Shown here piece by piece: positions 1 to 13,699 of a stretch of DNA of 64,000 bases (positions are counted from its first letter, which is position 1; each line of letters opens with the position of its first letter). The position numbers were made by a program, and so were the translations under genes. Source of the stretch: Geosiphon pyriformis uo1 (lineage: Eukaryota; Fungi; Glomeromycota); the NCBI GenBank assembly GCA_016748015.1, contig JAAOMT010000096.1, forward strand, positions 133,955 through 197,954, written 5' to 3'. The notes below the pieces were generated by a model. That model made no database searches, had not been told where the DNA came from, and was given only the letters and a program-made list of their open reading frames with translations.

Positions 1-1637
1 ATTTTGAAAATTAATTATCGACTTAGTCATTGATTTGATTATGAATGCATTTAATCTGGTTGTTAACTTAATTGTTCAACTTTATTGTCTTTTTTTGATT
101 TTAAAAAAATAAACTTTTAATTTACTTGTAAAAATAATAATTATTAAAAAAAACTTAATTTATTTTGTTATAGAATTTTTTAATTTAATTTTTTAACAGT
201 TATTTTAAGTGTTAATAAATTATTTATTTTTAAAGCTTTTAATTATTATTGAAAATCATAAATAATTATTATTATTTGTGTTGTCCCAAATTTCTCAAAG
301 ATTTATTTTTTCGAAAAAGAAGTTTTTGTTCTTTTTGTTAAATATATTCATTATTTCTCAAGTTAATAATCCTTTTATAGTAAACTTGGTAGCTGTTTCA
401 AGCAGTATATGTTAAAGAAAAAGAGTTTTTTATAGTCTGGTTTTTTTTTTAGAAAAAGAAGATTCCTATTGGCAATGTTAAACACTCTGATAATAAGAAA
501 AATATGTCTTTGGTTAAACTTTTTGCTGAAATTAATATGTACTTTAACATAAATAGTAAGTTCAATAATAGTAAAAACAATATTGTTTTAACTAATAGTG
601 AAGTCTTAGCTAATATAAATAGTAAAAAATTTTTGGTTTAATAGTAATATTATTAAAGATTTTTTTATTCTTTTTTCAAGGTGTGAATATTATTTTGCTG
701 TTAATTTTGTTACTGTTGAAAGTTAATAAATCTTCAATAAGCTAAATTTTCTTTTAAAGTATTTTTTTATATTTTAAATTGTCTATATTATTGGTATTAT
801 AAGTAAATTTCTTAAGTAAAATTTAGTAATTTTTATAATCTGGTGCTTAGATTTGCCATAATATATTCTGAAAGTTTTTTAAAGATTTTGTATTAAAATT
901 TTTTGTATAATAAACAAAGATTTAATAAATAATAAATAATAATAAATTTGGATATTTTTTTAACTTAGTAATTGATTTATTTTAGTATTTGCACTCTTCT
1001 AATAAGCAATCTTAGTTTTTAACTATATTTATACTCTTTTTTAGTGTTTTTTATTAGACAGTTCTTAATGTTTTAATTTTAACACTTTTTCTATATTTTA
1101 ATTAGTAATTCAAAATAACTACAATAATAAAAAATAAAGTAATAATTAGTATTTTATTAATAATTATAATTAAAAACTATAGTTTTAGTATTATTAAATG
1201 ATTATAATAAATATAAATATTATTAATATAATAATAATATAAGTTTTAATACAATAATTTTAAATTTATTAATTAATTAATAAGATAAAAATTTTTATTA
1301 AATAATTTAAATAATTTGTAATTTGTTAATAAAAGTAAAAGTAATTAGACTAATATTAAAGTAAAATTGTTTGTTATTTTGTTTTTTTGGTTAAATTAAT
1401 ATTTTTTTAATTTTTGTTACTTTTGCTATATATATATAAATCTTTATAATACAAAATTTCTAAAATTTTTATAATTTCTTTAAGTTATTATTAAAATTTT
1501 TAATATTTGTAAAATTCTTAACATTTCTGTCAGTATTTCTGCAATTTTAGAAATTTTAGAAATTTTTACTAATATTTCTTAAATTTTTGGTATTATGTCT
1601 TTTAATAATTTTTTAATTTGTTATTGGCTATTTATAC

Positions 1638-2395
1638 TATTATAGTTGAAATTTATAGTTTTTATTAGTTATTACATGTATTAGCCACTAATGTAATATA
1701 ATTAGCCATCTATTTTAGATAATAATTATTAATCTAATTAATAACTTGATCATTGATTTGATAATTGATCTAATTAATAATCTGATTGTTGACTTGATCA
1801 ATAACTTAATTGTTAATCTGATTATTAATCTGATTATTAATTTAGTTATTGATCTGATTATTGATTACTTTTAATAGCTATATAAATAATAAATTTTTTA
1901 ACTGTAGAAAGTATTAATATAACAAATAATCAAAAATAAATAAAATAACAACTATTATATCAATTTTTTTTATATTACTTATTTTTTTTTCTTTATCTTT
2001 AAATATTTAAACATCTTGGAATAAAAAATTACTTGTTGATATTTACTTACTTTTTTTTAGGCTTATATAATTGTAGTTTTTGAAAATTATTAAATAAAAT
2101 ATAACAAAAAGTATATTTAATACCTAATATTAAATTCAAAAAGCATTAATATAAGACATAAAATTATATTAGTGTATTATTATTTGTTAACACCATAAAC
2201 TATTTTTTTACTTTTAGCTTCTTCAGTTATCTTTTGAAAAAGAGTAACTGAGATATTTTATAAGACTGATTTTGTATATTGAATCTATACTTATTCAATT
2301 TGCTTCTTAAAGTTGAATCTTTTTTAATTAATTTTATTATTCTACAATTCTGTTTTTTCTTGCTATTCATTAGCTTATTACTTTAATCTGTAATA
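1638..2395 (+). repeat. 5' LTR of Gypsy element 1
   Basis: Aligns along its length with 8714-9413. Termini TAT..ATA are TG..CA after transitions. Contains a degenerate ~12-bp tandem array (~1725-1870). Followed after 5 nt by TGGTGCT (PBS-like). Confidence 0.9.
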
Positions 2396-5300
2396 TAAAA
2401 ATGGTGCTTCTTATAAAATTGTCAAAATTCACTTATTTTCTTATTATATGAGTAATTATTTATACTTGTTACAATAATCAAAAGAATACTTTGCAGTACA
2501 TAACAGAAATAATCTAGATTCATTATACTCAATTTTTTGCTTTCTTGTTTAATCTGTTTCTTTTTTGAAAAACAATCCAGTTGACAATTTCAAGATTTCT
2601 GAAACTGGTTTCTAAATAAGCATTTAGCTGAAACCTATACAGTTTATATAACCTATTTTTTTAATTAAGCCTACTTTGAAAAAACTTCTGAAGAAAAAAA
2701 TAACAACATCAATTAGCTTTTATATTCAACAATTTTTGAAAAACAGTCTTCTAATTTCGAATATTTAAATTATCAAATCTATATCTGGTTTACTGCCTAT
2801 TAATTAGCTAAAACTTCTTTTAAAACAGAAGAAAAAAGCTATTAAACTGTTTTTGTTTTTAATTTTTTTTTAAATAAATCAAACTATTCTATTCAAACAG
2901 CTACTTTTGAACTAATGACTATTAATTTTATACAAACAAACATTCTGGCTGTTCTCCAAAGTATATAAACTGCTTTATGATAAAAAAACAACACTCTATT
3001 ATTATTATTCAAAAGTAATATAAAAAATTCAATTAAATAATTAGATAACTTTAAAAAAACTACCACAGTCAACCAATATAACATTATATACAAGTTTTAA
3101 ATTGTTGATAAATATCTTTAAGACTCTCTTGCTATTTGGTTTTCACAAAAAACCAATGCCAATATCTAGCAAAAAATTATTAAATAAATACCAGCAAATA
3201 CTAAAGAAAACAATACTTCTTTTACTATCCAATTTGAAAACAAATTTAGAACTTCAATTTTAATATTTAAATAACATATAAAATTAAAAAAAAAAATTCA
3301 AAATCCTAATGAAATTGTAACTGAATATGTCAAAACAATCAAAAAACTTATTAAATAAGTAAACATTAAAAGAAATTAAACAAAAGAACAAAAGATTCAT
3401 TTTTTTACAAAAAGATTGAAAACTGATTTTTTGTATGTTCTTTGGTTTTTCTTGGCTTTAAAAAATAATCTCATTATAAATATAACTATTGAATTTGCTC
3501 AAAAAATTAAAAATAACTAAAATATGTATTTGGAATCTATACTTCTAGTTTTTGTTTCTGCTCTTATTATGGCTTTTGTTTTTTAAATGACTGTTACTTT
3601 TTTTGTTGTTCAAACTTTAAATCTTAATAAACAACTGATAGATAGGCTCACAGCCAATTCTGTTTGGCTATTAAAGTCCTTAGTTCAAGCAGTCAAAGAA
3701 AATCAACAATCTTAAAAACTTAGATTTGAATCTTATTTTAATTAACTTTAACAGCTCTCTTATTAAAAACAGCAAAAGTATGATTTATCTATATGCTATT
3801 ATCATAAATTAATTGAACATTTTTTCAGAAATTGCAACAATTCTCTATTGTTTTCTCCAGTTTTTAGAAACAATAATATTTAGAGCAACAGATCTAACAA
3901 TAATAATATCTTTAACCAAAAACTTAATTATGCCAACATAAATTTCTTTGAAGAAAATTTTTTGGTTAAAGCTACTATTTATTAGTTTTTAAATTAATAA
4001 ATATACTTCTAAAGAGTAAAAATGCAAGCCAATTAAAAGAAAACCTCTTTTATGTTTTTAATTTAACTAATAATAACCATAATATAAACAAACTGGCAAT
4101 TAAACTCTTTGATTCAACAAGAAAAAAAAAAGCCAAAATTAATTTTACCTTAGACCTTAATAAAGCTTTTATATCAACTGTTAATAACAATAAGCCACCA
4201 AAAACTAAAGTTTTTAAGAATTTTTTAAAGTTGAAACTCTTAGAAATAGTACAAAAATCTGGTCCTTTTTCTATTGTTAAAGATTTTATAAAAACCTTAA
4301 TGCATATAATTTTTGGCCAATTAATAACTTATCTACAGTTTAGAAAAGATCTTTACAAATTTTTGGTCTCAAAGAAAAAGATACCAAAAACCAACAAATG
4401 TCTTTGCTAAACTAGACTTGTTGACAATAGCAATATTACTCCTTTAATTTGCAAAGCCCAAGTGGCTAATTACTTCATTAACTTAATCTTAGACAGTAAA
4501 TTATTTGTAAGTATTATTGCTAAATATTTTTTAAAAGCCATTGGTAGAAAAATTAATGAATCCTCAACTAAATTAATAACTAATATGCATGATAACAAAA
4601 AAAAAGGACTTGATATAATCAAAGCTATTTTTGTTTGCATTAATAGCATTAATATTGAAACTAACATAAAGATTTTTGAAGCTAAAAAATACACTATCAT
4701 TGTTGACAATGAATAATTTAAGAAAACAAAAATCTTACTTGACTATAAACTCTGTGAGTTAACCATTTAATGTAATAAAAAGTTTATTGTGATTAAATAT
4801 TATTATTGAACAATTCCTTTAGTATTTAAGTAAAGTCCAAAAGAAAAACAATCAGACAAATCAGATTATAAAGAAAGCAAAAAAAAAGAATAAAAAAGAA
4901 CAAAAAAAAACTGTTAAACTTGTTTATACTATTTTTATTAACAATAACAAATTATTAGACAATATTAAAGTTAACAAAAAAAATTATTGTAAATAGCAAG
5001 CTAATTTGTTGATCTTACTATGATATATTTAGAAAATTTTTTGATAAAAAGCCTGACAAAAAAGCCAAATACAGTTATTGATAACATAGTTCTTATGTCC
5101 AGTGTTAGTACAATAAACTATTGTATTCTCTTAGTAATAAATGCATACTTTGCCTAATTTATTACAAAGATTGGAAATCTATTAGCTTAATACTTAGAAA
5201 AAAAATAAAAAAAATACAAAAGTCTTTTAAAAATGAACTATTTAAAATCCAATTACCAGTAATAAAACACAAAAAACTCTTTTTTTAAAAAAAAAGATGG

Positions 5301-8300
5301 ACATTGAAAACCTACTGGCTAAAAACAGCCCAGTTATATTAAAAAAAATGTAATATTCCTAAACATATTTATATAATACAACATATTATTACCACCAAAA
5401 AAACTTGTCCTATCTATCTAAAGTCTTATCAGTTTAATCAACACAATAATGAGTTTATCAAAAAAGAAATAAACCAAATGAAAAACATTGAATTCATACA
5501 AAAACCAAGAATAAATAAGTCTTCTTAGTTATAGTAGTATTCAAAAAAGATAGAATTTTATATTTTTGTGTTAATTACTGCTAATTAAATGTTATTATTA
5601 AAAGAAACATGTATTTATTTCTTAAGATTGATACAATATTAAACAAATTCAATAGTGCTGTTTTCTTCTCAATTATTGACTTAACTGCTAAATTCTAACA
5701 AGTAGAGATGGATTCAGAAAGCAAAAAGAAAACTGTTTTTATTACTAAATATAATATTTACAAATTCACAATTATGTTTTTTGGTCTTATTAATATTCCT
5801 TCCATCTTTCAATGTTTGATGGACAAAATATTCGAATTAGTTAAAAAAAACTTTGTTTTAGTTTACTTAAACAATATAATAGTATACTTAAGAACTTGAG
5901 ATAAATATCTTAAACACTAATAAAAGGTTTTTGATCTCTTTAAAAATACTAGTCTTAAGATCAACCCAATCAAATCTTTTTTTGGACAACAATCTACACA
6001 GTTTTTCAGTTATTTTATTATAAAAGATAGAATGTTTTTTGACTCAACCAAGATTAAAAAAGTCCAAAATATCAACCAATTAATAAATATTTATAAACTA
6101 TGTTTTTTCTTTGATTTGGTCTTCTATTATTAAAAATTTGTCAAAAATTTCTCCAAAATTGTTTTTTCTTTTAATCAGCTACTTAAAAAAAATGTTAATT
6201 ATTACTAAAATATATATTAATAAAAAGCATTTGAAACTTTAAAGAAAAAATTAGTTACAAAACCTATTCTTATATAATCTAATCTAAATTAATTTTTATC
6301 TTTTATACTAATACATCTGACTATAAACTTGGTGCTGTTCTTTTATAAAAAGATAAAAAAAACAAAAAACATGTTATAGCATATGCCAATAAAACACTCT
6401 TACCAGCAAAACAAAACTATTTAGTTATTAAGCAGGAATGCTTAATAGTAGTTTGAACTACTAATTACTAAAATAAATATCTTTTTAGTGTAAAATTTTT
6501 GGTAGTAATAGATTACTAAGCTTTAATTTAACTATACAACAAAAAAAAGCTGGAACATAAATGAATAACTTGTTAAATATTCCGCTTAAATGAATTTGAC
6601 TATAATATTCAATATTACAAAGAAGCAAATTATCAAAACTTTAATGCTTTTTCTAAACTTACTACCTAATAATAGTACAATTTTTATAAACTAAATCAAT
6701 CTAATTATTAGTAATTTTCTTTTAATAAACACAATAATAGATTTGAACAACTACTTTGCATTAATAGAATTTTTGGGTAAAGAATAATATCCACTAAAAT
6801 ACAATTGACAGCAAAAAAAACATTTGCATAAACAATCAAAATTTTATTTAATCTGTCAGAACCAGTTATATAAAAAAAACAGAAAAAATTTTAACTGCTT
6901 TTAAAAAGTCATTAAATTTGAAAAAAAAGAAATTGTAATTTACAATATATATACTAATTTATTAGTTAGACACTTTAAAAAAACAAAAACAATTCAGAAA
7001 ATCTTAGCTTACTATTATTGGTCTATCTTAAAAAAAATATTGTTGAATATATTAAAATCTGTAATATTTGCCAAAAAAAAAACCCCAATTACAAAGAAAA
7101 CATCTATCTAATTTCTGTTAGTTAACTATTTAACAGAATTGGTATAAATGTTGTTAGAACTTTAATAATAACTTCTAATGACAACAGATATATTATTATA
7201 ATTATCAACTATTTTATAAAATAAGTAGAAGCAAGAGCCATTCTAGATCAAACAGCAGTCTTTATTGCCAATTTTATTTATAAAAATATAATTTGTTGCC
7301 ATAACTGTTCCAAAAAACTTTTATCTAATAAAAAAAGAGCTTTTTTAATACACTAATTGAAGAACTTTGTAGAAAAATGGAAATACATTATAAATTTTCT
7401 TCTTTTTATTACTTTTAGACAAATAATCTAGTAGAATATTTCAATAAAACACTATGTAAAACCTTAGCCAAAATCAATAAAATAACAAACTTATGAGACA
7501 AAATACTGTTTTTAGTCTTATTTGTTTATAGAACTGTAAATTATAACATAATAAGTTATAAATTTTTTATTTGCTCTATGAACAAATAGCAATTTTATCA
7601 ATAGAAATTAATATTGAAACAATATTTTTTGAAGAAATTACAATAAGAAATTACAAAGACATTTTATAAAAAAGACTTAATATTATTCTTGACTCCTTGG
7701 TAAAAGCATAAATAATTGTCTTTAAAAAGATAAAACAGTTCCAAGAAAAACTTAAGAAGAAAAAAACCTATAAAACACTTTCTTTAAGTATTGGTAACTT
7801 AGTTTTGAAATATCACTCAAACAAAAATAATATTTATAGTAATAAATTTTTTAATTGGTAGAAAGAACTTTTTATAGTCAACAAAGTTTTAAACAATAGT
7901 TCATATATCCTACAAAATTAATATAAAACAATCTTTAATGATTGTTTTGTTTATAGTATATAATTCAAAAAATATTATAAATAATCTTATTGGTTATTTG
8001 TTGTGGTAATATTGGTCTAAATAATCAATAAAAATCAGATATAAATAAATACATTATTTCCAAAACAGAGGTATTTTTAATCAACATAAACAATTATTTC
8101 CTGAATTAAAATATTCAAAATGCTTTTTATATTTTTTATAAGTATTGGATCAAAAATTATCTAAATACTACTCTGATCATTGGAAAACAGATTATCATAA
8201 CTGATAACAATAAAACACATGCTATTATTAGACCAAAAAAAAACAACTACCAAAAAAAAAAAAATTGGTAGCAAAATGGATAAATATTTGCTAGAAACTA

Positions 8301-8713
8301 TAACAGTAGTAATATCCTTATCTTCTATTACAATTAAAAAAACAATCCCAAAAATCTTGCTTATAAATAAAAATTTTTTATATAGAAGACAACTAAAGCT
8401 CTATGATTGCTTTAGTGAAATTATAAAAAACATAAAGCTCTTAAAAAACAACAACTTTAAAGATACAGGTGGAAATTTTGGGCATTATATAATTAGATGT
8501 TTCAAGAGTTTTAATCATTGCTAAAAGAGCTAAAATTCTTATACAAAGATTTGGTTTTTTAAATGCAAAATTTATTTTGCTTTAAATATTATATACTTTA
8601 TTTACAAAAGACTTCAACAAACTAGTTAGCTTTGAACTAAACAAAACTTTTTAAATAGATTACTTCATAAATAGCTTGATTTTATCAAAGCTTAATCTTT
8701 TTAAAAAGAATAA

Positions 8714-9413
8714 TATTATGGTTGAAACTTATAGTTTTTATTAATTATTATATGTATTAATCATTAATGTTATATAATTGGCCACTCTATTTTTAAATAG
8801 TAATTATTAATCTGATTAATAACTTAACTATTAACTTAATTATTGATTTAATTATTAATCTAGTTATTGATCTAATTATTGACCACTTTTAATAGCTATA
8901 TAAATAATGAGTCTTTTAGTTATAAAAAATATTAATATAACAAATGATTAAGAATAAATAAAATAACAACTATTATATTAATTCTTTTTATATTGCTTAT
9001 TTCCTTTTTTTTATTTTCAAGTATCTGAACATCTTAAAATAAAAAATTACTTATTGACATTTACCTACTTTTTTTCTGACTTGTATAACTATAATTTTTG
9101 AAAATTATTGAATAAAATATAATTAAACAGTACATTTGATACTTAATATCAAATTCTAAGAGCATTAATGTAAAGCATAGAATTATACCAGTATGTTATT
9201 ATTTGTTAACAGTACAAACCATCTCTTTATTTTCAAATTCTCCAGTTATTTTTTGAAAAATAGCAACTAAGATATTTTATAAGACTGATTTTACACATTG
9301 AATCTATACTCATTTAATTTGCTTCTTAAAATTGAATTTTTTTGATTAATTCTATTATTCTACAATTCTGTTCTCTCTTGCTATCTATTAGCTTGTTATT
9401 CCAATTTATAATA
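8714..9413 (+). repeat. 3' LTR of Gypsy element 1
   Basis: Direct repeat of 1638-2395. It is 58 bp shorter, mostly from fewer 12-bp units, and is followed by the TSD ATAC. Confidence 0.9.
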
Positions 9414-9417
9414 ATAC

Positions 9418-10275
9418 TATTGTTTTTGTGTTTTTCTTTATATAAATAATATTAAGCTTTTAATAAAATAATCAATTCTGTACTAATTATTTTATGTAGT
9501 TATTTTGTTATAAAAGTCATTTTTTTACCAAAAAATCTTATCTGTAAGCATTTTAATTGATATATAGTTATTTTGTTGTAAAAATCAATTTTTTACAAAA
9601 AATTTTGACTATAAACTACTTAATAATATAAAAAAAATAAAAAAATAAAAAAAAATAAACTAAAAAAATAATAAAAAATATGTATTAAGAAAATTATTTT
9701 AAATTTAGATCTAAAAATTATTAATAATTATTGAAATTAATAGTTAAGTAATTTCAAAAAATTAGTTTCAAAAAATTAATTTCAAGTAGTAATAATTTAA
9801 GAATTTAGGTTTTTTAAGATGATTTATTAAATTGATTTGTAAATACTATGTATTAATTCTAAGGCTAAATATATTTTCTTAAAAAAGCTTTTCTTTTATA
9901 TAATTTATTATAATATTCTTTTATAATTTAGCACTTTTTTTTTAATATTTTAATAAACTAAAAATATATTTCGTTAAATTACAAATTATTTCTATAAACT
10001 ATAAATTATTTTGATAAATTATTAAATATTTTATTGAATTTTTAGATATTTTAACGAATTTTAACTGTTATATAGTTTGATATATTACATAATTTAATTA
10101 TTATAATTTGATTATATTTGTGTTTTAGATAAATCAAATTATTATTTGAATAATAATTTGGATAATTTAATAAGATAATAAATAGTAATTTAAAATAATA
10201 ATATATATTAATTAATGATAAAAATTATAAAGATAATTTTATGTTAATTAATAACTTAATTTTTTGCTAATAATA
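9418..10275 (+). repeat. LTR family 2, copy 1 (probably interrupted by Gypsy element 1; its 5' part may be ~1486-1637)
   Basis: Colinear similarity to 17108-17900 and to the reverse complement of 20573-21330. Ends ..gctaataata, like copy 2 (..gctgataata). Confidence 0.7.
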
Positions 10276-10599
10276 TTAAAAACTACAACAATTTTAAACA
10301 ATAATTAGAAACTTTTACAACACTAAAAACTTGGTTTTTAAGTAAAAAACATTGATTAAAATATATTAAATTTTGTAATAATTATTAAAAAAAAAAACCA
10401 TGTTTTATAGAACTTTTAAATTTAATTAAATTAAAATATTAATTTAGTCAGACTATTATTTATTACAACTTAAATATATATACTAATGATAAAACTGTAA
10501 CAAAATTAAATCTTTTAGCATTTTTAAATATAATTAGGTTAAAGACTTAATTAAATAATTCGTTTAGTTTAGTTATAAATTTATTAACAATATTTAACA

Positions 10600-13450
10600 A
10601 TTTGGTTTTGGTTTTAAATATTTTTTTTTCTTAATTTTCTAATAATTAGTCTTATCTAAAAAAGTATTATGTATAATATTAAAAAAATAAAAAATTTTAT
10701 TAAGCAAACAGATATTATTTAATAATACAAAAAGATAAATAATTCTATTTTAATTATTACTAAAACAAATTAAAAGATAAAGTTTGATTATAGATTATGA
10801 ACAAGTTTAATAGTATTTAAGTCTTTATTTTAAATGCTAATTTCAATTATTTGAATTTTAATATTATTATAATTATAAATAATATTATAATTAAGCATAT
10901 TTACAAAGTTTTAAAAATAGCTAATTGGTTTTTGTTAATACATCTGCTATTTAGAAATTGTTTTTTAGTCTTTATTTTGAGTTTATATGCTGATACAACT
11001 TTGATAAAAAGACTAATTTAGTCTTATAATATTAATTTAATAATAGCTTAAGTTTTAAATAATAATATTTTTGTTGTTTTTGGTAGTAATTTTAATAAAA
11101 TTAATACTGGTTGCAATGTAAATTTCAGAAAATTCTTAAATGTAAATTTGTTTAACTTTCTTAATAGATTCTTTTTTTATAAGCTTCTTATATAATTCAA
11201 CTTAAGAAATATTAGTAAATATATAAACTTTGTTCTAATTAATAATGATTTTTATAATATGTTTTTTAATTAACTGATTTACTGTATTAATAAATTTTTT
11301 AATACTGATTATTTAATTGTTTTAATTAATATTAATTTAAAAAACCTTTTTAGTTTTTAATTCAATTTAGTATATAAACAGACTAACAAAGACAAATAAA
11401 AATACAAAATTAATAATATTAATAAAAAAATTTGAAACAAGTTTAAAAATTTGTTTTTGGTTGTTGTTTTAACTGTTGTCAATAACTTTAAAAATTGCAA
11501 AAAAAGAAATAATTTTAATAGAATATAGATGTTGCTTAGTTAGATAATATGTTTTATAGTTAATACTGTTTTTTAAAACTTGGTATTATAGTAATAATAT
11601 AACCAAATATATTATATTTTTTAGGTTTTACAAACTAAAATTGCTGGTATCTAAGATTTTAAAGACATTTAAATTAGAAAATTTAGATAGGTTTTAGGTA
11701 TTAAATTATATTAGATCCTAATTGTATTGTAAAAATCAAAAAATTTTTTAAGAGTAGTTATAATAAAGCTCTGATTGAACAATTATTGGCTTATTTCAAA
11801 AAAATTTATAAGTTCTACAAGATATTAAAATTTAAAGTTATTGAAAACTTTTATATTAAAATTATTATTACTAAATATATAAATGTTTTTGCTAATAGCA
11901 AAAATCAGATAATTAGAAATATATTAAAATAATCTTTTAGAAAAGTTACATTAAATTACTTGGTTAACAATAATAAACTGGTTTTAAAATTTGATTTAGT
12001 TAAAATAAAGTGAATTCTATTATAAAAAATTGGACTAAAAAGTATATGATTAAAGCTACTGTTTTATTTGTTAGCTAAACCAATTTGCATATTTAAATTA
12101 CATTAAAAATAGTGTATTTTTAAGTATTATAATGCAATTAATTTTAAAAAAATTTTGTTAGTGGTTAATAATTTTTTTGATAAGAAAACTGCTGGTTTAT
12201 TTAAAATCTTTTAGGGTTTTTTTTGTTTGTTTAACTTATATTTAATTAATAAATCGGTTTTTAATGTTTAAAAAAAGATTTGAATATTAATAATTACAAA
12301 ACCTTATAAATAAAAAAGTGTTCTAACAAATACCAAATCTATTGCTCTTATTAAAATAGCAAAAAAAGTTCTTTTAAAATTTTGTCTAATTAGATTTCTA
12401 AAGCTTATAGCAAATACAATATTTTAAAAAATAACAATTTTTTAATTTTAAAGAGCATTTTAACACAATCTTTAATTTTTGTTGTTAAAGATGCTTTGAA
12501 AAAAGGTAAAAAAATCTGGCTGGTACTTTAAAATATACACAAAGCATATAACTTAATAAACTAAATATATTTAAGTAACAGTTTAAAAAAAATCAAAATA
12601 TGTAATAAATTTATAAAATTTTTTGGTTATATTTATAATAATTATACAAATAAAATTATAATTAACTTTAATTTATTGAAAAATTATAGAATTCATAATG
12701 GTTTAAATTAAAGTAAAGTTTTTTTACTTCTTTATTAAAGAATTTTTTATGATTTTTTTTTGTGTAAAATAAAATTATACAAGTTTTTATTTGAATATTA
12801 TATAAATTTTAGATTTATTACTAAAATTAACAAAATTAAATTCAATACAAATTTGATTTTTTATTTAACTGCTTATGTTTTTGTAAATAATACAATTAGA
12901 ATTGGCAATTGTTATATAACAATACAGAATATTTTAAATATTGCTAACAAATTTTTTAATATAATAAATATTTTAATTAATACAAATAAAACAATGGCTA
13001 TTTCAATTAATTCTAAAGCCAGTAATAGTTTTTTGAATATAAATAGATCTTTGATTATAGTTATAAAAATTGACAAAACTTATTAATATCTAAATATATT
13101 TTTGTTAACAAAAAGTTTTTTGGGCCCAAGTTTAAAGAAAATAAATACAAATATAAAGTTTTTTTATCTATAATTTTGTGTAAAACTATATTAAATAAAC
13201 AATTTTTGTATTTAGTTTTAGTTGTATTGTAGTTTATTATTGAATACAAAATTTAATTTAGCTTTATTAAAAAGAGTATATTGTTATTCAAGTAAAAAAA
13301 CCAATTCAAAATTATTAAAAGAATGTAATTATCACATAATAACAAAAAAACAAGTAGTTTTAACAGATAAAATAAGAGCAAACAAGAATTAACTTAATAT
13401 TTTTATATTAACTTTAGTCTCAAAAAAATTTTCTTTTTTATCTTTTATAT
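10600..13450 (+). mobile_element. Decayed non-LTR (LINE-like) retrotransposon ORF2: AP endonuclease + reverse transcriptase
   Basis: Transition-eroded LINE motifs: VFGSNFN ~11076 (GGDFN), NTKSIALIKIAKK ~12329 (TRPIALIETARK), WLVL*NIHKAYN ~12517 (QDMRKAYD), LN*SKVF ~12703 (LDQGEVFSP), FVNNT ~12880 (FVDDT). Boundaries approximate. Confidence 0.75.
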
Positions 13451-13699
13451 ACTAAATTTATCAAATAAAATATTATTGTTTAATTTACAAATTTACAATT
13501 CTAAAACTTTTATTGTCAAAATTTAATTAATTGTTTTTATTTATTTTTGTTCTAAGCTAAATGTTATTAATATAAAATACTTTTGAAACTTTAATAACTT
13601 AGATTAATTGTTCTTAATTATAATAATTAAAAAAATACTAATTTATTTATTTTTTTTATTTTTTGTAAAGTAATAACATTAAAAATTAACTGTTTGAAA

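Larger units (their letters stand above)
1638..9413 (+). mobile_element. Full-length, heavily mutated Ty3/Gypsy LTR retrotransposon (gag-PR-RT-RH-IN)
   Basis: Paired LTRs at 1638-2395 and 8714-9413, flanked by the 4-bp direct repeat ATAC (1634-1637, 9414-9417). Decayed motifs occur in Gypsy order: Zn knuckle ~3791-3835 (ICYYHKLIEHFFRNC), protease LILDSK ~4483, RT FCVNY ~5566, IDLTAKF*QV ~5674, YLNNIIVY ~5863 (from YLDD), RNaseH YTNTSDYKLGAV ~6304, integrase CxxC ~7060, IGINVV ~7138, *TNNLVE..NKT ~7416. A purine-rich tract precedes the 3' LTR. Many stops and frameshifts. Confidence 0.92.
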
